A stretch of DNA of 42,292 nucleotides, taken from NCBI GenBank assembly GCA_041483195.1, contig JBGPFC010000034.1, positions 1 through 42,292 of the forward strand. The letters run 5' to 3'. This stretch comes from Candidatus Eiseniibacteriota bacterium (GTDB lineage Bacteria > Eisenbacteria > RBG-16-71-46). The number at the start of each line of letters is the position of its first letter. The first letter of the stretch is position 1. A program made the position numbers and the translations under genes. The notes under the pieces were generated by a model. That model was not told the origin of the DNA, did no database searches, and saw only the letters and a program-made list of their open reading frames with translations. This document shows positions 1 through 9,284 of this stretch, piece after piece.

Positions 1-28
1 CCTGCAGTCACCGCTGCTGCGCTCGGGA

Positions 29-553
29 ATGCGCGTGCTGGACGCCGGCTGCGGGACTGGCGTGGTCACGTTCGCGCTTCGGGACGCGCTCGTGTCTCGC
101 TCGCTCGCGCTCGGCGCGTTGCACGCGTTCGACCTCACGCCGGCGATGCTCGAGCGGTTCCGCGCCACGCTCGCGCGCCGCGCGATTCAAGACGTCGAGA
201 TGGTGCAAGCGGATGTGCTCCGCCTCGACCTGCTGCCCGAGTCATGGTCCCGGTACGATTTGATCGTGTCGGCGTCGATGCTCGAATACGTCCCGAGGGA
301 TCGGCTCGCCGAGGCACTCGGCGGACTGCGCGCTCGGCTTCGCGACGACGGTCGCTTCGTGCTGTTCATCACGCGCCGCAACTGGCTGACCCGCCCGTTG
401 ATTGGGCGCTGGTGGCGATCCAATCTGTACGGCAAGGGGGAGCTGCGCGACGCGTTTCGCCGTGCGGGGTTCTCGCGCTTCGAGTTTATCCGCTTCCCGG
501 CCTCCGCCCGCCATCTCGCTCTCTGGGGGCACGTCGTCGAAGCGACGCGCTGA
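29..553 (+). CDS. Class I SAM-dependent methyltransferase (frame is open to the window edge, so may be 5'-partial)
   Basis: Motif I VLDAGCGTG, acidic motif II AFDLT, later ADV and YDLIVS motifs. Confidence 0.85.
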   Translation: MRVLDAGCGTGVVTFALRDALVSRSLALGALHAFDLTPAMLERFRATLARRAIQDVEMVQADVLRLDLLPESWSRYDLIVSASMLEYVPRDRLAEALGGLRARLRDDGRFVLFITRRNWLTRPLIGRWWRSNLYGKGELRDAFRRAGFSRFEFIRFPASARHLALWGHVVEATR

Positions 554-571
554 CTGGGTGGAGACGCACGC

Positions 572-1144
572 TTGATCCGCAGGCTGACGCACTTCTGTGT
601 TCTCGCGCTCGCGCTCGGAGCCTGCCGCGCGCAACCGGCGGGGCCGGTCGCGCTGCTGAAGGTGCGCGGCTTCGGCGAGATCCGGATCGAGCTCCTCGAG
701 AAGCTCGCGCCGCGCCACGTCGCGAACTTCATGGCGCTCGCGAACGCGCACTTCTACGACGGCACCACGTTTCACCGCGTGATTCCGAAGTTCATGATCC
801 AGGGCGGCGATCCCAATTCGAAGGACGCCGACCCGAAGAACGACGGCTTCGGCGGCCCCGGCTACTTCATCGCGCCCGAGTTCAGTGACACGCCGCATCT
901 TCCCGGCGTGCTCTCGATGGCGCGCCAATCGGAGCCCAACACCGCCGGGAGTCAGTTCTTCCTGATGACCAGCGGGTCGGAGTCGTGGCGCCCGCAGCTC
1001 GACGGCCAGTACAGCGTGTTCGGCCGCGTGCTCTCGGGCCAGGACGTCGTCGATCACATCTCGAGTGCGCCGCGCGACGCGCAGGACCGCCCGCTCGAGA
1101 ACGTCGTGGTCGAGTCGGTGACGATCCAGCCCGCGGTGCGCTGA
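572..1144 (+). CDS. Cyclophilin-type peptidyl-prolyl cis-trans isomerase, probable lipoprotein
   Basis: FYDGTTFHRVIPKFMIQGGDP, LSMAR, AGSQFF and LDGQYSVFGRV cyclophilin motifs; N-terminal LALGAC lipobox-like signal. Confidence 0.95.
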   Translation: MIRRLTHFCVLALALGACRAQPAGPVALLKVRGFGEIRIELLEKLAPRHVANFMALANAHFYDGTTFHRVIPKFMIQGGDPNSKDADPKNDGFGGPGYFIAPEFSDTPHLPGVLSMARQSEPNTAGSQFFLMTSGSESWRPQLDGQYSVFGRVLSGQDVVDHISSAPRDAQDRPLENVVVESVTIQPAVR

Positions 1145-1164
1145 AGAGCGGAGCAGGGAGCCGC

Positions 1165-1249
1165 GGCCGGCGCTTCGGCGGGCGCCTCCTCGTGGGTCCC
1201 CTCGGCGGACCTCGACCCTACTCGTCGGCATCCCGCCGAAGCACCGGCC
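1165..1249. repeat. Intergenic inverted repeat / long hairpin
   Basis: ggccggcgcttcggcggg (1165-1182) is the reverse complement of cccgccgaagcaccggcc (1232-1249) at 17/18 positions. Confidence 0.7.
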
Positions 1250-1330
1250 TCTGGCCATCTCACTCCGGGAGTGAGTCGCATCTCATGGCGTTGTCAGCAT
1301 CGCGCGCCGCCCGCGTTCGTCAGAACGCGC

Positions 1331-1612
1331 ATGAGCAAGTGCTCGATCCGATCAGCGGCCGCCTGGTTCCTGTTGAGCGGCAGTCCCCTCCTGCCCGCTC
1401 GACTCGAGCGCCCGAGCGCAAGCCCGGGTGTGGCCGTGCCCGCGCCGGAGGCCCCCCTCCCGGCCCGGGCGATCGGCGAGCACGATCTGCGCCTCGGCGG
1501 TCTGCGCCTGCAGCTCGTGCTCGCGCCCAATTCCACCGCGCCCGGCGAGTGGAACGACGAGCCCCAGCCCGATCTGTTCCGCGTCTACGTCAGCCACGCC
1601 CCCCGCTCGTGA
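1331..1612 (+). CDS. Hypothetical protein (doubtful)
   Basis: Only ORF filling the gap before the tRNA promoter; no recognisable motif. Confidence 0.3.
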   Translation: MSKCSIRSAAAWFLLSGSPLLPARLERPSASPGVAVPAPEAPLPARAIGEHDLRLGGLRLQLVLAPNSTAPGEWNDEPQPDLFRVYVSHAPRS

Positions 1613-1637
1613 CGACCGCCCCGGCCTGAGCCATACT
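1609..1637 (+). promoter_or_regulatory. Sigma70-type promoter of tRNA-Phe
   Basis: GTGACG-17 nt-CATACT followed by a GC-rich discriminator (gcgcggccc), 40 nt upstream of the tRNA. Confidence 0.55.
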
Positions 1638-1677
1638 GCGCGGCCCGCGCCGGCCCCGCCCGGCGCTTCTCGTTCGT

Positions 1678-1753
<76 letters not shown>

Positions 1754-1849
1754 GCGAGTCACTTGACGCTTCGCGCACCTGCGTCGTTCGAGCCCCGCCG
1801 CGTGCAACTGTGCCATGGAAGCTTGGTACGTCAGCAAACTTGGTACCGG

Positions 1850-1894
1850 CCAGGCCGGGAAGAACGAGCCGCAGATGCTCACCGAGGGCGCCAT
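1850..1894 (-). pseudogene. Truncated YtcA-family N-terminal remnant
   Basis: MAPSVSICGSFFPAW matches APSINILGSFFPAW of the intact copy at 18834-19043; similarity stops abruptly. Confidence 0.65.
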
Positions 1895-1903
1895 GGGCCG
1901 TGC

Positions 1904-2953
1904 CTAGTAGACGCCCTGGTCGTCCCGCTCTAGGCCGACCTTCCCCGCAAAGTGCCAGGAGACGAAGGCGAAGTAGCCGGTCGTGAGCGCCAACGCGACC
2001 GGCCACCAGATCGACGCGAGCCAGAGCGCGGTTGGCGAGGAGGCGACGTCGTAGGCAGTCAGTGAGTTCTCGGGCGCGAGCGTCGAGTGCAGCATCTCCG
2101 GAAAGATCGCAGCCGCGCCGGTGGCCAGTATCCCGATCAGCAGAAAGGTGGACGCCGCGAAGGCACGGCGCTCGCGGCCCGTCGCGAGCCCGGACACCAG
2201 CGCGAGGATCGAGGCGACGACGACGAGGATTCCGAACCAACAGAAGGGATTGCCAATCGCGCGCCCGGGCACGTCGGGCCGCACCAGCCACGACTCGATC
2301 GTGATGGCGAGGAACAAAGGTGCCGCGGCCCCCCAGAGGAGCTTTGCAAGCGCGCGGCTGCGGCCGTGAACCGGGCCTTCGGTCTTCAAGATGAGATAGG
2401 TGGCTCCGTGAGCGGCCAACAGGACCACCGCGAAGACCGCAACCGACACCGTGTACCAGTCGAGCAGCCCGACCTGGCCCGTCACGCGGAAGTCCGTGAA
2501 GAAGGCCATCGAGAACTGACCTTGGGCATCGAGCGGAACGCCGCGCGCGACGTTGCCCGCCGCCGCCCCGAACAGGATGGCCAGCAGACAGTTGGACAGC
2601 ACGAAGACGAAGTCCCAGAAGCTCGACCAGAGTGGATCGGGGATGTGTCCGCCAACCTCGAGGGACATCCCGCGCAACACGAGACACCACAGGATCAAGA
2701 ACAGGGCGAGGTAATAGCCGGCGAACGCCGAGGACAAGAGGCGCGGGAACGCGACGAACAGGGTCCCGCCGAACGCGACCAGCCAGACCTCGTGCCACGA
2801 CCAGAGCGGCCCGATCGCCGCCACGATCTGACGCCGCTCCGCGCGCGTTCGCGCGACGAGCCAGTGCAGCATCCCGGCGCCGAAGTTGCGCCCGTCCAGC
2901 GCCACGTAGCCGATCAGCATGAAGCTCGTGATCCCGTACCACGCCGCGATCAT
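1904..2953 (-). CDS. cydB: Cytochrome bd ubiquinol oxidase subunit II
   Basis: YVALDGRNFGAG, IGPLWSWHEVWLV..GG.LF.AFP and LRGMSLE motifs; ATGA overlap with cydA; true start MIAAWY at 2953. Confidence 0.95.
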   Translation of the reverse strand: MIAAWYGITSFMLIGYVALDGRNFGAGMLHWLVARTRAERRQIVAAIGPLWSWHEVWLVAFGGTLFVAFPRLLSSAFAGYYLALFLILWCLVLRGMSLEVGGHIPDPLWSSFWDFVFVLSNCLLAILFGAAAGNVARGVPLDAQGQFSMAFFTDFRVTGQVGLLDWYTVSVAVFAVVLLAAHGATYLILKTEGPVHGRSRALAKLLWGAAAPLFLAITIESWLVRPDVPGRAIGNPFCWFGILVVVASILALVSGLATGRERRAFAASTFLLIGILATGAAAIFPEMLHSTLAPENSLTAYDVASSPTALWLASIWWPVALALTTGYFAFVSWHFAGKVGLERDDQGVY

Positions 2954-4287
2954 GCGGTCTCCTCTTCCGGGCCCAGGCCGATCTCGCGACCCACCAGAAC
3001 CAGAAACAGAACGCCGAGCACGAAATAGAGGCCCGTGAAGCCGATCAACGTGAAGACGACGTTGCCGTTGCTCACAACCTGGCTGTAGCCGTCGCGCGTG
3101 CGGAACAGCCCATAGATCAACCACGGCTGGCGCCCGAGCTCGGCCGTCATCCAGCCGAGCGTGTTGGCGATGTACGGGAACGGCAGCGCCAGCAAGAGCA
3201 GCCAGAGCAGCCACGGGGTGGACTCGAGTCGGCCGCGCCAGCTCTGGAAGCAGGCGACCGCCATCAGTACGATGAAGATCGTCCCGAGCGTGATCATCAG
3301 GTGGAACGCGTAGTACAGGAGCTCGATGTTGTCGGGCCAGACGTCCTCGGGATACTCGTCGAGCCCGTGCACTTCGCTCGCGAACGTGCCGTAGGCGAGG
3401 AAGCTGAGCGCGCCGGGAATCTCGATCGGATTGTCGAGCCGCTTCTCGGCGAGATTGGGCTGGCCGATCACGGCGATTCCGGCCATCGGTCCGCTCGCGA
3501 ACCGGCCTTCCATGGCCGCGAGCGTCACCGGCTGGTGTCGCGCGACCATCTTGGCCTGCTGATCTCCGGTCGGAAAGGCGACGAGAAGCGATGCGATCAG
3601 CCCGACGAGCGTTCCCGCGCGCAGATAGAGGCGCGCTTGGACGAGGTGCGTGCTCCGCAAGGCGTAGAATGCTCCAATCGCGGCGACCACGAATGCCCCA
3701 GTCACGACCGCTGCCATCTGATTGTGCGCGAACTGGACCCACGCCCAGGGATTCAGCAGGTAGTCACTCAGAGCGGCGATGCCGAGCGAGCCATCGGCTT
3801 CGACGCGGTACCCCGCTGGGTGCTGCATGAACGCATTCGTGACGAGGATGAAGTAGGCGGAGAGCCAGCTTCCCACCGCAACCGCGACCGCGGCGAGGAA
3901 GTGAGCTCGCGGGCCCAGTCGCTTCTCGCCCCAGATCAGCGCGCCCACGAAGGCGCTCTCGAGAAAGAACGCGAACATGCCCTCCATCGCGAGCGTCTGG
4001 CCGATCACGCCACCCGCATGGCGGGAGAAGCCGGCCCAGTTCGTCCCGAACTGGAACTCCATGGGGATGCCGGTGACGACGCCCACCGCGAAGTTGAGCC
4101 CGAAGATCTTTGCCCAGAACCGGACGGCCCGAGCGTATTGCGGGTCGCTGGTCCGCAGCGCACGCCACTTCCAATAGACCAGGAACCACGCCAGCCCCAT
4201 CGTGAGCTGGGGGAAGAGGTAGTGATAGGTCACGGTGAAGCCGAACTGCAGTCGACTCCAGAACGCGGGATCGGAGACGGTTTCCAT
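2950..4287 (-). CDS. cydA: Cytochrome bd ubiquinol oxidase subunit I (short Q-loop type)
   Basis: SRLQFGFT..YHYLF, FAVGVVTGIPMEFQFGTNW, AFFLES, NAFMQHP, QPVTLAAMEG and GWMTAELGRQPW motifs; start METVSD. Confidence 0.97.
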   Translation of the reverse strand: METVSDPAFWSRLQFGFTVTYHYLFPQLTMGLAWFLVYWKWRALRTSDPQYARAVRFWAKIFGLNFAVGVVTGIPMEFQFGTNWAGFSRHAGGVIGQTLAMEGMFAFFLESAFVGALIWGEKRLGPRAHFLAAVAVAVGSWLSAYFILVTNAFMQHPAGYRVEADGSLGIAALSDYLLNPWAWVQFAHNQMAAVVTGAFVVAAIGAFYALRSTHLVQARLYLRAGTLVGLIASLLVAFPTGDQQAKMVARHQPVTLAAMEGRFASGPMAGIAVIGQPNLAEKRLDNPIEIPGALSFLAYGTFASEVHGLDEYPEDVWPDNIELLYYAFHLMITLGTIFIVLMAVACFQSWRGRLESTPWLLWLLLLALPFPYIANTLGWMTAELGRQPWLIYGLFRTRDGYSQVVSNGNVVFTLIGFTGLYFVLGVLFLVLVGREIGLGPEEETA

Positions 4288-4318
4288 GATCACCGGTCGA
4301 CTGTGATAGCGGGGTCCA

Positions 4319-5593
4319 TCAAGGCGATTCCGTCGAGCGCTGGGCAAGGATCAGCTGTGAGCCGCGCTGTCCCGTCCAGTACGTCCAGACCCACTGCAGA
4401 AACACGGTGAGTCGAAGGCTCGACTGTGCGAGGAACTCGAGGTGGACCGCGGCCCAGGCCAGCCACGCCGGAAGGCCGCGCAAGTGCAGCCGGTGGCTCT
4501 GCAGCACCGCATATCCCGCGCCTACGACCGCCATGCTCCCCTTGTCAAAGTAGCGGAAGGGATGCGGCTGGGTCTCGGCCCTCCCCTTGACTCTCCGGCG
4601 GAGCGCACGGCCGACGTAGCGGCCCTGCTGCATCGCGACTTGAGCGACGCCGGGCAGCGGCTTCCCGTCTTGGTCGAGGGACACGGTGTCGCCGATCGCG
4701 AACACTTCCGGATGTCCAGGCACCGAGAGGTCCGGCTGCACGCGCACACGGCCCGCTCTGTCCGTGGCGACGCTCAACCATTTTCCCGCCGGCGACGGAG
4801 TCACTCCCGCCGTCCAGATGACCGTCCGGCTCGCGATCCGCTCCCCAGCGACGATCACGCCTTCCGCGTCGATCCGATCGACGCCGTGGCCGAGCCGGAC
4901 CTCCACGCCGAGCTTCTCGAGCCGCTTCCGCGCCGCAGCGGACAGCCCCTCGGAGAAGGTGCCCAGGACGCGACTCGCCATGTCGACCAGCACGATGCGC
5001 GCCGAGCGCGGATCGATCCGACGGAACTGCGATCGCAGTGTCGTGCGCACGAGCACGGCGAGCGCCCCCGCCATCTCGACGCCCGTCGGGCCCGCGCCCA
5101 CGAGCACGAACGTCAGCAGATCCTGATGGCGGGTTGGATCCTCCTCCGCCTCCGCCTGCTCGAACGCGCTCAGGATCTTGTTCCGGATCGCGACGGCGCC
5201 CGCCAGATCCTTCAGCCCGGGAGCAAATACCTCGAACTCGTCGTGACCGAAATAGCTGTGCTGCCCGCCCGTAGCCAGAACGAGATAGTCGTAGTGGATC
5301 GGGGCGCGAGCGCGGTCGACCGAGTTGACGAACACACGCTGCGCGTCCTTGTCGACGCCCACCACCTCGCCCATGATGACCATCGTGTTCTTCTGCCGTC
5401 GGAAGATCTCGCGCAGCGGGGACCCGATCTGGCCTGGCGTGAGCACCGAGGTCGCGACCTGGTAGAGCAGAGGCTGGAACAGGTGGTGATTGGTGCGATC
5501 GATCAAGGTCACTTGCACTCGTGCGCGGCGCAGCGCTCGGGCCGCCGCGAGACCCCCGAACCCTCCGCCGACGATGACGACGTGAGGAGTCAC
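4319..5593 (-). CDS. ndh: Type II NADH:quinone oxidoreductase (NDH-2)
   Basis: GGGFGG FAD motif, NHHLFQPLLYQVAT, VGAGPTGVEMAG, FAIGD, VAQVAMQQG, FRYFDKGSMA. Confidence 0.93.
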   Translation of the reverse strand: MTPHVVIVGGGFGGLAAARALRRARVQVTLIDRTNHHLFQPLLYQVATSVLTPGQIGSPLREIFRRQKNTMVIMGEVVGVDKDAQRVFVNSVDRARAPIHYDYLVLATGGQHSYFGHDEFEVFAPGLKDLAGAVAIRNKILSAFEQAEAEEDPTRHQDLLTFVLVGAGPTGVEMAGALAVLVRTTLRSQFRRIDPRSARIVLVDMASRVLGTFSEGLSAAARKRLEKLGVEVRLGHGVDRIDAEGVIVAGERIASRTVIWTAGVTPSPAGKWLSVATDRAGRVRVQPDLSVPGHPEVFAIGDTVSLDQDGKPLPGVAQVAMQQGRYVGRALRRRVKGRAETQPHPFRYFDKGSMAVVGAGYAVLQSHRLHLRGLPAWLAWAAVHLEFLAQSSLRLTVFLQWVWTYWTGQRGSQLILAQRSTESP

Positions 5594-6483
5594 GCCTCGC
5601 CCGCAAGATCGGCGTAGACGATCCCTGTCAGATTGCCCTGGGCGGCGGCGAGAACCACGGCGTTCGAGCCGTCGAGGTTGGCGCTGTAGACCGACCCGCC
5701 GAGGTCGGTGAAGAACATCCGCCGGCTACGGAGATCGAGGGCGAGACCGATGCCTTCCATCAGGTGGGTGAAGAGGACCTGCGGCGTCGTCGAGCTCGTC
5801 GCGCGGGCCTCGATCGGCGCGCGGTTGACGGTATTCCCGCGCGGTGGATCGCCGCGGTCGGTCCAGTACAACATGCCCTCGGCGAGATCGAGGTCGAGAT
5901 CGATCGGCTCCGGCAGGCCATCGAAGAGCACCTCGATGTCACTGCGGCCCGCTGCGCTCTCCCCTCGTGGCAGCTCGAGGCCGGCGCGCAGGATGCGACC
6001 CTGGCCGGCATTCTCCGCGCCCTTCTGGGTCCAGTAGAGCTTCCCGCGGATGGGATCGACCGCGATCCCCACGCACCAGTTCCGCTGGTCTCGGCGGTCG
6101 CTGACTCCGCTTCCGGTTTGAACGAGTGTCTCGATCTGCGAGCCGTCGAGGTTCGCGCGCATGACGCGCATCCCCTCGCGATCCGACCAATACAGCTTGC
6201 CGCTCTTCTTCTCGAGCCTGAGCTGTTTCGGCGTGAACGTCGCTCCGTCAGGGACGATCGTCGTCAGATTGCGTCCGTCGAGGTCCGCGCGCACGATCGA
6301 GCCGTCGTTGGCCGACGGGTTGCCCATGTAGGTCCAGTAGAGGTGCCCGGCCTCGGCGTCGACGTCGATCCCGTCGGGGAGCCGCTTGCGTCCCTCGACG
6401 ATCGTCTTGCGATCGGAGCCGTCGGGATTCATCGCGAGCACCCGTCCACCGCTCGCATCGAGAAAGAACAATTTGGATTCCAT
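5590..6483 (-). CDS. YWTD / LDL-receptor class B repeat beta-propeller protein, cytoplasmic
   Basis: Six blade motifs: KLFFLD, HLYWTY, KLYWSDR, KLYWTQ, MLYWTDR, RMFFTD; repeated RA.LDG; no signal peptide. Confidence 0.85.
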   Translation of the reverse strand: MESKLFFLDASGGRVLAMNPDGSDRKTIVEGRKRLPDGIDVDAEAGHLYWTYMGNPSANDGSIVRADLDGRNLTTIVPDGATFTPKQLRLEKKSGKLYWSDREGMRVMRANLDGSQIETLVQTGSGVSDRRDQRNWCVGIAVDPIRGKLYWTQKGAENAGQGRILRAGLELPRGESAAGRSDIEVLFDGLPEPIDLDLDLAEGMLYWTDRGDPPRGNTVNRAPIEARATSSTTPQVLFTHLMEGIGLALDLRSRRMFFTDLGGSVYSANLDGSNAVVLAAAQGNLTGIVYADLAGEA

Positions 6484-6496
6484 GTCCGTGACTCCT

Positions 6497-7249
6497 TCAT
6501 GCAGCGCGGTGCTTCGCCAAGAAGACCGCGAACGCATCCTTTGCTTCCGCAGATCTCACTCGCTCCGCGAACTCCTCGTTCTCCGATCGCACCGCCTGCT
6601 CGAGCTGCTCGCGCAGAGCACGCTTCATGAGTCGCTTGCAGGCTTGCAGCGCAAGGGCCGGCTTCTCGGCCAGACTCTGGGCGGTCTCGACAGCGACGGC
6701 GAGAAGGCTCGGATCTGGAACTACCTTCGTGACCAGTCCGAGCTGCGCCGCGCGCAGCGCATCGAAGGGTCGTCCCAGGAGGATCAGCTCGGCGGCGCGG
6801 GCGTATCCAAAACGCAGCGGAAGCAGGTAACTGCTCCCGAACTCGGGGACGAGTGCCAGGTCGACGAACGGCAGTTGAAACACCGCGCTTCCCGCGGCGT
6901 ACACGAAATCGCAGTGAGCGAGCATCGTGGTGCCGCCCCCGATGGCCGCACCTTGCACGGCGGCGACCAACGGCTTGTCGAAGCGAATCAGCGCATCGAT
7001 CAATCGCGCCTGGGGGCTCTGACCTGGCCCCGGAGGGTTCTTCATGAAGTCCTCCAGGTCGTTGCCGGCGCAAAACGAGTCGCCGGCGCCGTGCCAGAGG
7101 ACGACGCGTGTCTGCTCGTCTCCTGCGGCGCCGTCGAGCGTGTCTGCCATGGTGACGTACATGCTCGATGTCATCGCGTTCTTCTTCGCCGGACGATTCA
7201 GCCGGACGTCCAGGATGCTTCCCAAGCGCTCCACAACGATGTCACTCAT
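6497..7249 (-). CDS. Enoyl-CoA hydratase/isomerase (delta3-delta2 isomerase-like)
   Basis: LNRPAKKNA, FCAGNDL, AIGGGTT, LALVPEFGSS (single catalytic Glu pattern); start MSDIVV. Confidence 0.9.
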   Translation of the reverse strand: MSDIVVERLGSILDVRLNRPAKKNAMTSSMYVTMADTLDGAAGDEQTRVVLWHGAGDSFCAGNDLEDFMKNPPGPGQSPQARLIDALIRFDKPLVAAVQGAAIGGGTTMLAHCDFVYAAGSAVFQLPFVDLALVPEFGSSYLLPLRFGYARAAELILLGRPFDALRAAQLGLVTKVVPDPSLLAVAVETAQSLAEKPALALQACKRLMKRALREQLEQAVRSENEEFAERVRSAEAKDAFAVFLAKHRAA

Positions 7250-7259
7250 GGCTATCCCC

Positions 7260-8477
7260 TCACTTCCCCAGCGCGCCGTTCGCACGCAGAGCATCGACTT
7301 CGCTCGCCTCAAAGCCGAGCTCCTCGAGTATCTCCTCGCTGTGCTCGCCCAGGGCTGGAGCGCGCCTCGCCGGCACCTTCGAGATGCCGTGCACCTGAAT
7401 CGGACTGCTGATCGTCGACGTCAGGTGGACGCCGGCGCCCTCGAGCGGAACGACGATCCCGTTCGCCCGCAGCTGGGGATCGCTGATCACCTCTTGCGGC
7501 CCGCGCACCGCGCCGAAGGTGACATGGGCGCGACTGAAGACTTCGTACCAGTGAGTCATGGGCTGCGCGCCGAAGACTTCGTCGAGAATGGCAGTCAGCT
7601 GCGGCATGTTCGCCGTGAGCTTGTCGCGATCGGAGAAGCGCGGATCCGTCAGGAGATCCGGGCGACCGATGGCGTTGGCCACCGCGCTGAGCTTGTCCGG
7701 CGTGACGATGAGCACGAACCAGGTGTCGTCGGACGCCCGATAAACGTTCAGCGCCGCATTCGCGGGATTCTTCCGGTCGTGCTGACCGTAGAATGTCGCC
7801 CCGCACAGCGCGCCCTGGATCGAGACACTCGCGGACCAGACACCCTCGGCCAGCAGCGAGGTCGTGACGTACGACCCCTTGCCGGTGCGCTCGCGGCGAT
7901 AGAGCGCGGTTACGATCGCCGAGTACAGGCCGACCGCAGTCGCATTGTCACCGCTGCCCGCGACCGGCCAGGTCGGGGGCGCGCCGGCGTCGCGCGTCAT
8001 CGACAAGAGGCCGCTGCGCGCCCAGTACGACGTGATGTCGAAGCCGGGAAGGCTGGCGTCCGGCCCCTTCTCGCCGAAGCCCGTGAGATCCGCATAGATC
8101 AACCGCGGGTTCCACTGCGCCACGTCGTCGTACTCGAGCTCGAGCCGCGCGCGCGCGGGATGCGGTGTGTTGACGATCAGCACATCGGCCCACCGGACGA
8201 GTCTTTCGAGGACAGGCCGAGCGCTCGGAGACTTCAGATCGAGCGTCATGCCGCGCTTGTTGCGGTTGGCCAGGTGCCAGGGATAGGCGTCCTTCGCGCG
8301 CGGCTGCGGCGGGATCTCGTGACCATGCCTCCACGGGTCTCCTCCCGGCGGCTCCACTTTGATCACGTCGGCGCCGAAGTCGGACAGGATCACCGCGGCG
8401 CTGGGACCCGCGATGAAGCTCGCGAGGTCGATCACCTTCAAGCCCGAGAACACAGAATCCGCCGTCGTCCTTGCCAT
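7260..8477 (-). CDS. CaiB/BaiF family III CoA-transferase
   Basis: LKVIDLASFIAGP, FGADVIKVEPP, NRNKRGMTLDLK, NPRLIYA, GFD; strong AAGGAGGT RBS before MARTT. Confidence 0.95.
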   Translation of the reverse strand: MARTTADSVFSGLKVIDLASFIAGPSAAVILSDFGADVIKVEPPGGDPWRHGHEIPPQPRAKDAYPWHLANRNKRGMTLDLKSPSARPVLERLVRWADVLIVNTPHPARARLELEYDDVAQWNPRLIYADLTGFGEKGPDASLPGFDITSYWARSGLLSMTRDAGAPPTWPVAGSGDNATAVGLYSAIVTALYRRERTGKGSYVTTSLLAEGVWSASVSIQGALCGATFYGQHDRKNPANAALNVYRASDDTWFVLIVTPDKLSAVANAIGRPDLLTDPRFSDRDKLTANMPQLTAILDEVFGAQPMTHWYEVFSRAHVTFGAVRGPQEVISDPQLRANGIVVPLEGAGVHLTSTISSPIQVHGISKVPARRAPALGEHSEEILEELGFEASEVDALRANGALGK

Positions 8478-8491
8478 CTCAGTCACCTCCT

Positions 8492-9274
8492 TCATCGCCC
8501 TTCGAACTTGGGAACACGCTTCTCGAGGAACGCCGAGGTCCCTTCCTGCTTGTCGTGAGTCGCCGCACACAGCGCGAACAGGGACGACTCCAGGGCGAGA
8601 CCTTCCGACTGACTCCCTTCGAGTCCCTGGTTCACGGCTTCGATCGCGAATCGGATCGCGAGCGGCGCGTTGGCGGTGATCCGCTCTAGGATCGCCTCCG
8701 CGCGCGCGATCAGCTGCGCTCCGGGAACGACCTCGTCCACGAGCCCGATCCGGTGCGCTTCCAGAGCGCTGATCGGCTCGCCAGACAGGATCAGCCGGAG
8801 CGCGGCGCTCCGTCCGACGAGCCGGGGCATGCGCTGCGTGCCGCCGAAGCCGGGAATCACTCCGAGCTTCACCTCCGGTTGGCCGAACCGCGCGTTCTCG
8901 GCGGCGATCCGGATCGTGCAAGCCATCGCGGTCTCACAGCCGCCGCCCAGCGCGAACCCATTGACCGCGGCGATCGCCGGCTTGCCCAGGTGCTCGATCG
9001 CATCGAGCACGGCCTGTCCGTTCCGAGTGAGCTCAACCGCCGCCAGCGCGTCCGCCCCGGCGATCTCACGGATGTCCGCGCCGGCGATGAACGCCTTGTC
9101 GCCGGCCCCGGTGAGGATCGCCCCGCGAACCGAGACGTCTCGGCTTATGTCCTCGAACACCTCGCGGAGCTCGGTGAGTGTCTTGTGATCGAGGGCGTTC
9201 AGCACCTTCGGCCGGTTCACAGTCACGTAGGCGACGCCGGCGCGTGTCTCGTAGAGTAGGTTCTGCAGCTCCAT
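8492..9274 (-). CDS. Enoyl-CoA hydratase (crotonase)
   Basis: NRPKVLNAL, FIAGADI, ALGGGCE, FGQPEVKLGVIPGFGGTQR, AFLEKR. Confidence 0.95.
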   Translation of the reverse strand: MELQNLLYETRAGVAYVTVNRPKVLNALDHKTLTELREVFEDISRDVSVRGAILTGAGDKAFIAGADIREIAGADALAAVELTRNGQAVLDAIEHLGKPAIAAVNGFALGGGCETAMACTIRIAAENARFGQPEVKLGVIPGFGGTQRMPRLVGRSAALRLILSGEPISALEAHRIGLVDEVVPGAQLIARAEAILERITANAPLAIRFAIEAVNQGLEGSQSEGLALESSLFALCAATHDKQEGTSAFLEKRVPKFEGR

Positions 9275-9284
9275 GGCGACCTCC

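Noticed and set aside
2954..3742. Apparent N-terminal extension of CydB (612-aa ORF); likewise 10497-11510 on the ACAD and 30424-31641 on the ABC ATPase
   Set aside because: The extensions overlap the upstream genes in another frame; real starts lie at or just after the upstream stop codons, so these are not fusions
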